From Spirochaetia bacterium (lineage in GTDB: Bacteria; Spirochaetota; Spirochaetia; SZUA-6; Bin103), in assembly GCA_965203055.1 (NCBI GenBank), contig OZ241863.1, positions 2,912,001 through 2,976,000 on the forward strand: a DNA stretch of 64,000 bases, read 5' to 3'. The notes below the pieces were generated by a model. It searched no databases and had not been told where the DNA came from. It worked only from the letters and a program-made list of their open reading frames with translations. The translations under genes were made by a program, and so were the position numbers. Positions 9,909-19,118 of the stretch are shown piece by piece (within the stretch, counting starts at the first letter, position 1; the number at the start of each line of letters is the position of its first letter).

Positions 9909-10958
9909 TCAGGCGTACGGGGGGCCGGCCTGCTCCATGGTTGCCCGGTACTGCTTGAGGATCGCGATGACGCGCGCCGCGCGCGGACTGGTCGAGGCGA
10001 CCTCGTCCCAGAACTTCAGGGCCTCCGCCTCCACCTGCTTCCATTCCGCGTCGGGGATGGAGGTAAGTTGCAGCTTGGCGCCGCCGGTGCGGAGCTGCGC
10101 TTCGCCGCCCCAGTACCAGTGCTGGCGGTAGTAGTGCGAGCTGTCCATGCAGACCCGGAACAGCTCCTGCAGGTGCTCGGGCAGCGCGTTCCACGACTCG
10201 GTGTTGGCCAGGAACGAGCCGCACCAGGCGCCGGAGATGTTGTTGGTCAGGAAGTAGTTGGTCACCTCCGCCCAGCCCACGGCGTAGGCCTCGGTGATGC
10301 CCGACCAGGCGAGCCCGTCGAGCGTCCCGCGGCGCAGCGCGGCCTCCACGTCGTCCCACGGCAGGGTGACCGGCACCACGCCGAACCGGGCCAGGAACGT
10401 GCCGGCGGTCGGAATGGTGAACAGGCGCTTGCCCTGCAGGTCGGCCAGGCGGCGGATCGGCTCTACCGTGATGAAGTGGCAGGGGTCCCAGGCGCCGGCG
10501 CTCAACCAGGTCACGCCGTCGATCTCGCCGTAGGCCTCGGCCCAGATTTCCTTCAGCCCGTACCGTTCGAACAGCACCGGCAGGTCCAGGCTGTGGCGCG
10601 CGGCGAACGGGAAGTAGCCGCCGAACACGGCCACGTCGGCCGGCGAGGCCATCGAGTCGTCGTCGCTCTGCACCGCGTCGACGACGCCGTCCTGCAGCGC
10701 GCGGAACAGCTCCGACGTGGGTACGAGTTGGTCGGCCGTGTACAGATCGATCGTCATCTCGCCGCGGGCGATGCCGTTGAAGGCGTCGACGGCCGGCTTC
10801 ACCACGTGCTCCGCCAGCGGCGCGCCGGCGTAGGTCTGCAGGCGCCAGCGGATGGGAGCACCGGCGCGCGCAATCGCCGGCGCGCCGACCGCGGCGGCCG
10901 CGGCAACGGCGCCGAGGCCGGTCTTCTTCAGGAACTCGCGTCGGTCGATACCGCTCAT
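9909..10958 (-). CDS. TRAP transporter substrate-binding protein (DctP/TakP-like) with Tat signal
   Basis: DRREFLK twin-arginine signal; IRWRLQTYAG, DQLVPTSELFRALQDG, IRRLADLQGKR. Confidence 0.88.
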   Translation of the reverse strand: MSGIDRREFLKKTGLGAVAAAAAVGAPAIARAGAPIRWRLQTYAGAPLAEHVVKPAVDAFNGIARGEMTIDLYTADQLVPTSELFRALQDGVVDAVQSDDDSMASPADVAVFGGYFPFAARHSLDLPVLFERYGLKEIWAEAYGEIDGVTWLSAGAWDPCHFITVEPIRRLADLQGKRLFTIPTAGTFLARFGVVPVTLPWDDVEAALRRGTLDGLAWSGITEAYAVGWAEVTNYFLTNNISGAWCGSFLANTESWNALPEHLQELFRVCMDSSHYYRQHWYWGGEAQLRTGGAKLQLTSIPDAEWKQVEAEALKFWDEVASTSPRAARVIAILKQYRATMEQAGPPYA

Positions 10959-11097
10959 TTCGTCAGTCACTCCTTGCGGCGACACGTCACCTGCCCCGCC
11001 CGCCGCCCGGCTCCGAGCGTACCACGGGCGCGCCGCGCTGGTCCGCGTGGCCTGTGGGTTTCGCGCCGGGTGAATGGGTTAGGATACGCGCGAGCGT

Positions 11098-13338
11098 ATG
11101 CGCGCCTTCGAGCGGACACCGCGCCGCCGGCACTTTCCCCGCCTGGCGGTGATCGGCTGCGGCGGCGTCGCCGGCGAGCGCCATCTGCCGGCGCTGGCGC
11201 AGCTCGGCTGGCGGCCGCACGTGCTGGTCGACCCCCGGGCGGACCGCGCGGCGGAGCTGGCCCGGCGCTGCCGCGCGCAGCGCGTGGCCACAGACGTAGC
11301 CGAGCTGCAGGCGGGCGAAGTCGAGGCGGCGCTGGTAGCCACCAACGCGGCGTCGCACGCGCGCGTCACCCTGCCGCTGCTCGACCGCGCCGTCCACGTA
11401 TTCGTCGAGAAGCCGCTGGCGGCCTCGCGGGAGGATGCCGAGGCGATGGTGAGCACCGCGGCGGCCAACTCGGTCGGGCTGGCGGTCGGTCACATGCGCC
11501 GCTTCATGTTCGTCAACCGCTGGGTCAAGGCGCTGCTCGACCGCGGCGAGCTGGGGGCCATCACCGGCTTCGACGTCCGGGAGGGGGAGAACTACCACCG
11601 GCCGACCCGCGGCCGCCTGGCGGCGGCCCGGGCCGCCGCCGGGACCGGTCTGTACTCGCCGGCGCTGTGGGACGCGGAGTCGGCCGGCGGCGGCGTGCTG
11701 CTGGACACCGGCTCGCACACGCTCGACACGCTGCTCTGGTGGCTCGGCGAGGCGCGGCTCGTCAGCTACCGCGACGATTCGCTGGGCGGCGTCGAGTGCG
11801 AGGCGCTGCTCGAACTGGAGCTGCGCAACGGCGCGGTGGGCCGCGTGGAATTGAGCCGCTCGCGCACGCTCCGCAACACGGCGATCGTCACCGGCAGCCG
11901 CGGGCAAATCGAGGTGGCGCTGCACCGCAACGCCATCGCCGCCGCCCGCCCCGACCGCCTGACCGCATTCGAGCTCGACGGACGCAGCGGCGCGGAACTG
12001 CCCGAGGAACGCCTGCACGAGGATATGTTCCAGCGGGAGCTGGCGGATTGGCTGCGCGCGCTCCGCAGCGGCCGCGAGCCGTTCGTCAGCGGCGCCTCGG
12101 CCGCGCCCGCGGTCGCCATCATCGACGCTGCCTACCGCAACCGCCGGCCGCTGCGCCGGGCGTGGACCGGCAGCGGCCGCGCGGCGCGTGACGGCCCGTT
12201 ACGCGGCCGGCGGGTGCTAGTCACCGGGGCGAGCGGCTTCATCGGCGGGCGGCTGGTCGAACGACTGGTCCGCGAGCAGGGGGCGTGCGTGCGGGCCGCG
12301 CTGCGCACCTTCCGGCACGCCGCCCGCGTGGCGCGCCTGGCGCCCGCCGCGGTCGAGCTGCGCCGCTTCGACATGGCGCGGCCGGAGGTCCCCGCCGGCG
12401 CGCTCGACCGCCTGGTGGAGGGCTGCGATACGGTGTTTCACCTGGCGCGGGACAGCCGCGCGCCGCACGCCAACGCCGCCGGGGTCCGGGCGCTCGCCGA
12501 AGCTTGCCTGCGGGCCGGGGTGCGCCGGCTGGTGCACGTCAGCTCCCTGTCGGTCTACGAGCCGCTGCCGGACGGCCCGTTGACGGAAGCGAGCCCGATC
12601 GGCCGCCAGTCCGGCAACGACAAGTTCACGGCGCAGCGCGAGCTCACGCGCATGATCCGGGAGCACGGCCTCGACGCGGCGATCATGCAACCGACCATCG
12701 TCTACGGCCCATTCAGCGAACACTGGACGGACCGGCCGGCCGCTCTGCTGGCCGCCGGCGCGGTGGTGTTGCCGGCGCCCGGCGACGGGATCTGCAATGC
12801 CGTCTACGTCGACGACGTGGTCCGGGCGCTCCTCCTTGCCGCGCAGCGCAGCGAGGCGGCGGGCGAATCGTTCCTCATCTCCGGTCCCGAGCACCCGACG
12901 TGGTTCGACTTCTATTGCGCCTGCCAGCGAGCGCTGAACCGGAGCGGCGCCGTCCGCCTGCTGGCATACCGGGAGATAGAGCGCCGCAACCGCCGCGCGG
13001 ACCGGCTGTCGAACCTTCCCACGCCGCAACGCGTGCTCGGCTGCCGGCCGCTGCGCCCGTTGCGCAACGCTCTTCAGCGGGCCGTCTACCGGCGCCTGGG
13101 CGAGCGCGGCAAGGCCGCGGCCAAACGCCTCTACCGGGGGCCGGCCGCAGCCGCCGGGAACTCGACCGCGGGCGGCGAATTCCTGCCGCCGAAGAGGCTG
13201 CTGGAGCTGTACGCGGCCCGCTGTCAGGTGCGGATCGACAAGGCGCGCCGGCTGCTTGGCTACGAACCGGAGTTCGACCTGGAGCGCGGCATGGAGCTCA
13301 CCGCGCGCTATCTGGAGTGGGCGCGCGGCCGCGGGTAG
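11098..13338 (+). CDS. Fusion of Gfo/Idh/MocA oxidoreductase and NAD-dependent epimerase/dehydratase
   Basis: N half: VIGCGGVA, HVFVEKPLA, GGGVLLDTGSH; C half: VLVTGASGFIGG, QPTIVYGP. Confidence 0.85.
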   Translation: MRAFERTPRRRHFPRLAVIGCGGVAGERHLPALAQLGWRPHVLVDPRADRAAELARRCRAQRVATDVAELQAGEVEAALVATNAASHARVTLPLLDRAVHVFVEKPLAASREDAEAMVSTAAANSVGLAVGHMRRFMFVNRWVKALLDRGELGAITGFDVREGENYHRPTRGRLAAARAAAGTGLYSPALWDAESAGGGVLLDTGSHTLDTLLWWLGEARLVSYRDDSLGGVECEALLELELRNGAVGRVELSRSRTLRNTAIVTGSRGQIEVALHRNAIAAARPDRLTAFELDGRSGAELPEERLHEDMFQRELADWLRALRSGREPFVSGASAAPAVAIIDAAYRNRRPLRRAWTGSGRAARDGPLRGRRVLVTGASGFIGGRLVERLVREQGACVRAALRTFRHAARVARLAPAAVELRRFDMARPEVPAGALDRLVEGCDTVFHLARDSRAPHANAAGVRALAEACLRAGVRRLVHVSSLSVYEPLPDGPLTEASPIGRQSGNDKFTAQRELTRMIREHGLDAAIMQPTIVYGPFSEHWTDRPAALLAAGAVVLPAPGDGICNAVYVDDVVRALLLAAQRSEAAGESFLISGPEHPTWFDFYCACQRALNRSGAVRLLAYREIERRNRRADRLSNLPTPQRVLGCRPLRPLRNALQRAVYRRLGERGKAAAKRLYRGPAAAAGNSTAGGEFLPPKRLLELYAARCQVRIDKARRLLGYEPEFDLERGMELTARYLEWARGRG

Positions 13339-13430
13339 TCGAGCGGACGCCGGGTGGGAGCCGCCGGGCGCAGGCAGCGGCGAGACAGGCCACGGAAATA
13401 CCGGATGAACAAACTTGGGGACCGTTGGCT

Positions 13431-13459
13431 TTGACATGCCGCCTGCGGCAGCCGATACT
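13431..13459 (+). promoter_or_regulatory. Putative sigma70 promoter
   Basis: TTGACA-N17-GATACT, 11 nt upstream of ATG 13471. Confidence 0.55.
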
Positions 13460-13470
13460 CCACGACGTAT

Positions 13471-14433
13471 ATGCGTGATTTCGCCGTCCCGTCACTCGCC
13501 GCCGCGGCGCGCGGCGCCGTGGACCGGGGGCTCGACTTTCTCGACGCCGCCCTCCGTCCCGACGGCGCGTGGCCGTCGCTGATGTACTGGAACCTGGAGC
13601 TCGAGGGGTCTGCGGAGGAGGAACTCGCTCCCTTCGTGGCGGGCCTCGGCGCGCTCACCCTGGCGCCCTGCGACGACCCCCGAGCGCACTCGATCCGGCG
13701 CCGGACCGGCGAATTCATCGTCCGGTCGATGAGCTATCCGGGGCTGTGGCGCTACTGGCCGTCGCTGCCGAACGATCTCGACAGTCTCAGCATCTGCTCC
13801 CAGGCGATTCCGTGGCATCCCTGGGTGATGTTCGGCATGAACGTCTCGAAGATGCGGACGGCGCTGGATGACCGGGGCAGGTTCAAGACCTGGTTGACGC
13901 CGCCCAAAGCCGGCGCCCCGGACGTGGACAGCGTGGTGAACGCCAACGTGGTCGGCTACCTCGCCGCGCAGGGCCAGAGTCGACTGGGCGAGCGGGCGGC
14001 GGCGTGGCTCGCCGGTCTGGTGCGGGACGGTACCGCCGCCGGGAGTTCCCACTATTACCCCGACACCGTGGATCTCTACGAGGCGATGGCCCGCGCCCGC
14101 GCCCGCGGCGCGCCCGCGCTGCAGGACCTCGGGCCGGCGCTTGCGGACCGCATCCGCGCCCGGCGCGGGCCGGACGGCGGCTACGGCGACACCTTGCGCA
14201 CCGCGCGCGGGCTGTCCGCTCTGCATATCCTCGGAGCCGCGCCGGCCGGCGCCGAACTGGAGGCCGCGCTGGAACTGATCCTGCGCCGGCAACGTCCCGA
14301 CGGCAGTTGGCCTGCGGCCCGCTTCTGGCAGGGGCCCCTGCCGCCCGAGCCGCCGAGGGTGGGATTCGCATCCCCAATGCTCGACACCGCTTCCTGCATC
14401 GAGGCGCTCGTGCGTTTCGGCAGCGCACCTTGA
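13471..14433 (+). CDS. Prenyltransferase/squalene-cyclase repeat (alpha/alpha barrel) protein
   Basis: QW-like repeats RPDGAW and RRQRPDGSW; LPNDLDS resembles the PDxDD region of class II cyclases. Confidence 0.55.
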   Translation: MRDFAVPSLAAAARGAVDRGLDFLDAALRPDGAWPSLMYWNLELEGSAEEELAPFVAGLGALTLAPCDDPRAHSIRRRTGEFIVRSMSYPGLWRYWPSLPNDLDSLSICSQAIPWHPWVMFGMNVSKMRTALDDRGRFKTWLTPPKAGAPDVDSVVNANVVGYLAAQGQSRLGERAAAWLAGLVRDGTAAGSSHYYPDTVDLYEAMARARARGAPALQDLGPALADRIRARRGPDGGYGDTLRTARGLSALHILGAAPAGAELEAALELILRRQRPDGSWPAARFWQGPLPPEPPRVGFASPMLDTASCIEALVRFGSAP

Positions 14434-14491
14434 GCTAAGCTAAAGCTCAAGCTCAAGGCACGCCGCGCGGCCCGGCAACAGCGCCTCCCCG

Positions 14492-16063
14492 TCACATGCC
14501 CCACACGTCGACCGGGGCCGCGGCGGCGCCGCGCCGGTGGTGGAATATCTTCTCCTCCCAGGTCCGGTGCTCCCGGCAGTCGATCACCACCAAGTGCCCG
14601 GCCTCCGCCGCGCAGCGCGCCGCGTACCCCGCGGTCTGCTCCACCCCCTCGGCGATGGTCCGCTCCAGCCCGTCGCGATCCCGCACCACCTTGCACTCCA
14701 CCACCACCTCCTGCACCCGCTGCGCCAGCGCCTGCTCCCCTACCGGCCACACGATCAGCAGGTCGACCCGCCCCCGCCCCAGCGCGTACTCCCGCTCGAT
14801 CCGCCCGCCCCCGTTCACCACCCGCTGCAGGTACGCCTGCAGCAGCAACTGCGGCCACGCCTCCGCGTAGGCGAAGCGGTCGCGCCAGTGCTCGGAGTGG
14901 CGCCGGAAGAAGCTCTGGAACTCCCCCAGCAGCAGCGCCGCGTCAAGGCTGCCGTCCGCGCGCACGTAGCGCGGCGGCGACAGGTCGAGCGTCTCCTGCG
15001 CCACCCACGACAGCTCGCGCGGCAGCACCTCGGCGTAGATCGGGTTGGCGATGCGCACCGGCTGATTGCGGGCGAGCAGCCCCAGGTCGCGCGCGTAGCC
15101 GAGGTCGCGGTCGCTGATGGCGTAGCGGTCGGCGCCGGTCAGCATCGGCTCGATCACCCGCCGCACGCGCTCCTCGCGCAGCTTGTCGGCCAGGTAGTCG
15201 AGGTGGGTCACCCGATCGACGATCAGTTCCTCGCGGACGGCGGCGACCGCGGCGGCGGTGACCGGAAGCGAACGGTCGCCGCGCAGCGCCTTGTTCTCGA
15301 AGCAGGCGCCGTAGGCCAGCGCGTTGACCAGCCATGGCTGGCCGCAGGTCTGCGTCCACACCGCTTCCAGCGCCTCCGGCGCGAACACCTGCCCGGTCGA
15401 CTCGGTATGCTGGCCGAGCAGGGCCAGCGTCTCGTCACGCGAGAAATCGCCCAGCCGCAATGACTTGGCGGCGATGTTGAACGGGCTGCCGGTTGCGCCG
15501 ATGCGGTAGTCGCGCACGTCGCGCAGGCCGCACAGCACGACGCTCTGCGGGAAGCGCTCCGGACGGTCGGGGTAGCCGGCGCGGAGTTGCTGCAGCACCG
15601 CCAGCAGCGAGTCGCCCACCAGCGTGTCGATCTCATCGATCAGCAGCACCAGCGGGCGCGGCGCCGCCTGCGCCCAGCGCCGCAAGGCGGTGCGCAACGC
15701 CATGTCCGGCCCGAAATCGGCGAGGATCTCGGCCCGGACGCCGGCCAGGAAGCGATCGTCCAACGCCGCGTCCGCTGCTTCCGCCAGCGCGGCGAGCACC
15801 ACGCGCACCGCCCGCGCCACGTCGTCGCGGGCGGTGCGGGCGGTCTCCACGGTGACGTACACGCAGTGGTAGCCGCGTTCGTTCAGCAAGTCGGCCAGCG
15901 CCAGCAGCGCCGAGGTCTTGCCGGTCTGCCGCGGCGCGTGCAGCACGAAGTACTTCTTGTCCCGCACCATGCCGAACACTTCGTCCAGATCGATCCGCGA
16001 CAGCGGCGGGATCAAGTAATGATCGGCCGGCCTGACCGGACCGGCAGTGTTGAATGAACGCAT
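14492..16063 (-). CDS. AAA-family ATP-binding protein with a C-terminal PD-(D/E)XK-like nuclease domain
   Basis: MRSFNTAGP start, LHAPRQTGKTS (Walker A), LLIDEIDTL (Walker B), REYALGRGRVDL..VVECK. Confidence 0.85.
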   Translation of the reverse strand: MRSFNTAGPVRPADHYLIPPLSRIDLDEVFGMVRDKKYFVLHAPRQTGKTSALLALADLLNERGYHCVYVTVETARTARDDVARAVRVVLAALAEAADAALDDRFLAGVRAEILADFGPDMALRTALRRWAQAAPRPLVLLIDEIDTLVGDSLLAVLQQLRAGYPDRPERFPQSVVLCGLRDVRDYRIGATGSPFNIAAKSLRLGDFSRDETLALLGQHTESTGQVFAPEALEAVWTQTCGQPWLVNALAYGACFENKALRGDRSLPVTAAAVAAVREELIVDRVTHLDYLADKLREERVRRVIEPMLTGADRYAISDRDLGYARDLGLLARNQPVRIANPIYAEVLPRELSWVAQETLDLSPPRYVRADGSLDAALLLGEFQSFFRRHSEHWRDRFAYAEAWPQLLLQAYLQRVVNGGGRIEREYALGRGRVDLLIVWPVGEQALAQRVQEVVVECKVVRDRDGLERTIAEGVEQTAGYAARCAAEAGHLVVIDCREHRTWEEKIFHHRRGAAAAPVDVWGM

Positions 16064-16414
16064 GGGCCGGATGAATGTACCACGGGAGAATCGCCTGCGG
16101 CCGAGCTCGACGCCGCCGATGCCGGACACAGGGAACTGTACGGGCCGGGCACGCACGGCCGTGGTGCCGCTGGGGGGAGGGGGGGCATCGGCGGCTAGCG
16201 GACGCCGCCGGCGGGGCGCCAGGCAAGCGTTCCGGTGCCCTGAGCAACCACGTAGCCGCCTGCGGCCGTACGGGCTATCATCAGCCGGAGTTGCCGACCA
16301 ATGGCTGCCGTACACGACCACCACGGCGAAGCCCTGCGCCGCCATCGAAGCAGGCGTCTCGCGCGCACCGCCGCCGCCTGCGGGCGGCAGGCTCCCGTTG
16401 ACTGAGGGGACTAC

Positions 16415-17653
16415 GTGATTACATCGATTCGATTGGTCAACTTCAAGAACTTCGTCGCCGAGACGTTGCGGCTCGGACCGTTCAGCATGATCGTCGGCAC
16501 CAACGCCAGCGGCAAGAGCAACATTCGCGACGCGTTTCGCTTCCTGCACGGCATTGGCCGGGGCTATACGCTACCGGAGATAGTTGGCGGGAAATGGGGG
16601 GCAGGAGGCCAGCGGGAATGGCAGCCGATACGGGGCGCAGCTCATGAGGTCGCGCGTCTCGATTCTCGATCTTCGACCTTCTCATTCCATATGGAACTGC
16701 GGCGCGGCGATCAGCCGGTCTCCTACTCGATTGAAATATATTTCGATCCTATCGGTCCCCGCTATGAGGTAGAATACGAGGCGGTCAGGCTGCTTCCACT
16801 CGCGGCGCAGAAGGCACCCATGGACAACTGTTGGCAGACGATCTATGAAACGAAGTCTGCGGACGACTCGCATTGGGTCGATTTGTTCGATGACGGATAC
16901 GAACAGTTTACCCGGGACAAGCCGGCTCTGACTCAGCTTGAGCGCCCGCAGGAATCGGCCGTGCAGAGTGTGTTCCAGGCGCTTGTCGGTATGCGCTTTT
17001 GGGATCTGTCGCCGGAACTGATGCGCTATCCGGCGTATCCCGGTACGCCGTTGGGAGACCGGGGCGAGAACCTGCCGGCGGCGCTGGAGCAGACCTGCGC
17101 CGATCCCGAGCTACGATCGACGCTGGTATCGTGGCTGCAGGAACTGACTCCCATGGACGTGTCCGATCTCGAGTTTCCGCGCGATCCGAGCGGTTACGTG
17201 CACCTCATGCTCTGCGAGAGGAACGGCAGAAAGATTTCTGCCGACAGCGCGTCGGACGGGACGCTGCGCTTCCTCGCGATGCTGGCGGTGCTGCTGGGCA
17301 AGGACCCTCCCGGTCTCTGTTTCTTCGAGGAGATCGATAACGGCATCCATCCGGCGAGACTGAACCTGTTGATGGAGTTGATCGAACGACAGACTGATAA
17401 GCACGGCATTCAGGTGCTCACCACTACCCATGCATCAACCATGCTGACGGTGATGGGTGATGGTACCTTCGCCAACACGTCGGTGGTGTCTCGCCTGGAA
17501 AATAGTGCCGACGCCATCATCCGCCGTGTTGCCGATCTTGACAATGCACCGAAGCTGCGGCATGAACAAGGCGTTGGGCGACTTCATGAATCCGGCTGGT
17601 TGGAGGACGCGTTGTTCTTTACGGAGGGGCCTGACGAGGAGGCCGACGCGTGA
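16415..17653 (+). CDS. ABC-type (AAA_21-like) ATPase
   Basis: LVNFKNF, GTNASGKSN, SASDGTLRF, FEEIDNGIHP and TTTH motifs; visibly lower GC than the flanks. Confidence 0.85.
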   Translation: MITSIRLVNFKNFVAETLRLGPFSMIVGTNASGKSNIRDAFRFLHGIGRGYTLPEIVGGKWGAGGQREWQPIRGAAHEVARLDSRSSTFSFHMELRRGDQPVSYSIEIYFDPIGPRYEVEYEAVRLLPLAAQKAPMDNCWQTIYETKSADDSHWVDLFDDGYEQFTRDKPALTQLERPQESAVQSVFQALVGMRFWDLSPELMRYPAYPGTPLGDRGENLPAALEQTCADPELRSTLVSWLQELTPMDVSDLEFPRDPSGYVHLMLCERNGRKISADSASDGTLRFLAMLAVLLGKDPPGLCFFEEIDNGIHPARLNLLMELIERQTDKHGIQVLTTTHASTMLTVMGDGTFANTSVVSRLENSADAIIRRVADLDNAPKLRHEQGVGRLHESGWLEDALFFTEGPDEEADA

Positions 17654-18237
17654 GAGTCCTCGTCGTTCCTGAGGACTCGCGTAAGGACAAGTTCATTCTG
17701 AAGCCGCTATTCAAGGCATTGTTTCGATCAATAGGAAAGCCGAAGGCGTATGTCAGCGTATGTGAAGATCCCATACTTGGCAGCGTCGAAGAGGTCTTGA
17801 AGTCAAGTCGTATCGAGCAGGTCATAGCACGTTACCGGATGGTCAGCATATTCATTCTATGTGTCGATCGTGACGGCAAGACAGGAAGGCGTCAGCGGTT
17901 GAATCAGATCGAATCTGAGTTTGGGGATTCCCAAGTAATTCTGGCGGAGAACGCGTGGGAGCAGATCGAAACCTGGGTGCTGGCGGGATTGAAGCTCCCA
18001 GGAGAGTGGCGTTGGACGGATGTCCGTGCGGAAGTTCAGGTCAAAGAACGATATTTCGACCCGTTTGCCTTACAGCGCGGCGTATCAGATCTGCCGGGCG
18101 GAGGCAGAAAGCCGCTCGGAGAGGAGGCGGCGCAGCGGATCACCGCCATCCGGCAGAAGTGTCCTGAAGACTTCGATCACCTTGCGCGTCGGCTTGAGGA
18201 CGCCATGCGCACCGCAAGGAGAGCACCTGCGCCATGA
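17650..18237 (+). CDS. Hypothetical protein, TOPRIM-like (DUF4276/RloB-like), coupled to the ATPase
   Basis: GTGA overlap with the ATPase; acidic pattern VVPED..., ILCVDRD, EQIETWVLA. Confidence 0.55.
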   Translation: MRVLVVPEDSRKDKFILKPLFKALFRSIGKPKAYVSVCEDPILGSVEEVLKSSRIEQVIARYRMVSIFILCVDRDGKTGRRQRLNQIESEFGDSQVILAENAWEQIETWVLAGLKLPGEWRWTDVRAEVQVKERYFDPFALQRGVSDLPGGGRKPLGEEAAQRITAIRQKCPEDFDHLARRLEDAMRTARRAPAP

Positions 18238-18304
18238 GCGCGCGCGTCTCGTAGAGCGCCGAGCCCCGGCACGCCGCGGTGCCGGCCCAGCGCTCTACGC
18301 ATTC

Positions 18305-19057
18305 CTAGAAATGGTACCCGAACGTGGTGGCGATCCGCTGCAGCGCGCCGGCGACGTGAGCGCGGGACCAGTCGGTGTAGTAATCGCGGTAGCCGCCGCC
18401 GTCCTGCAGCTTGTTCTTGGTGCGGGGCAGCCGCGATCGGGGAAGCTGCAGCAGGCGGCAGACCTCCGCGTAGTCCTGCTGCAGATTCTCGAAGCGGATG
18501 TAATAATCGGCGTAGGGTCGCCCGTCGAGGAAATAGAACGCCTGCTGGTCGGCCAGCAATTCGGCGAACCACGCGCGCTTCAAGATCAACTCGAGGTTCC
18601 GGCGATGGCGGCCGAGCAGGTAGTTGGGCAACGTTCGGCACAGCCGGTAGCGCGACCGCAGGAAGCCGCGCCGCGCGCGGTGAAAGGACGGTTTCTCCGC
18701 CCGCCATTCGACGTCGATCTTCCAGCGGTACAGCGACGCGAACCAGTCCCACGGGTTTCTGACCACGGTGAACTTGAAGTATTCGTCCCAGGCGCCGGGC
18801 GCCACGGTCCGGCGGATCGTTTCCGGCAGGACGTGGCCTTGCGCTCCCCGAACGCGCAGCTCGGGAATGACCTGGGCATTGCGCGCCGCAATCACGAACC
18901 GGTCATCGTCCACCGCCGGCAGGTAGCGGTCCAGAAAGCAGTCCGCGACGACGTCGCCGGGCGCGCACAGCGGTGACAGCGCCGCCAGGATGCTGGTGCC
19001 GCCCACCTTGCGCGGGCGCACGAATATGAACTTGTGACGGTGTGAGATGATGCTCAC
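18305..19057 (-). CDS. PAPS-dependent sulfotransferase (Sulfotransfer_2-like)
   Basis: IISHRHKFIFVRPRKVGGTSI (5'-PSB), YFKFTVVRNPWDWFASLY (3'-PB), IRFENL, YRDYY, FGYHF; GTG start 19057. Confidence 0.85.
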   Translation of the reverse strand: MSIISHRHKFIFVRPRKVGGTSILAALSPLCAPGDVVADCFLDRYLPAVDDDRFVIAARNAQVIPELRVRGAQGHVLPETIRRTVAPGAWDEYFKFTVVRNPWDWFASLYRWKIDVEWRAEKPSFHRARRGFLRSRYRLCRTLPNYLLGRHRRNLELILKRAWFAELLADQQAFYFLDGRPYADYYIRFENLQQDYAEVCRLLQLPRSRLPRTKNKLQDGGGYRDYYTDWSRAHVAGALQRIATTFGYHF

Positions 19058-19118
19058 CGCTCTGCTCCCGGCGCGCGGGCTGCCGCCGCCTCGGTCGGGT
19101 ACTATACTATCGGGCGCG

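Noticed and set aside
14430..14460. Short AAGCT(C/A) repeats after the cyclase-like gene
   Set aside because: Too short and irregular to support any function.
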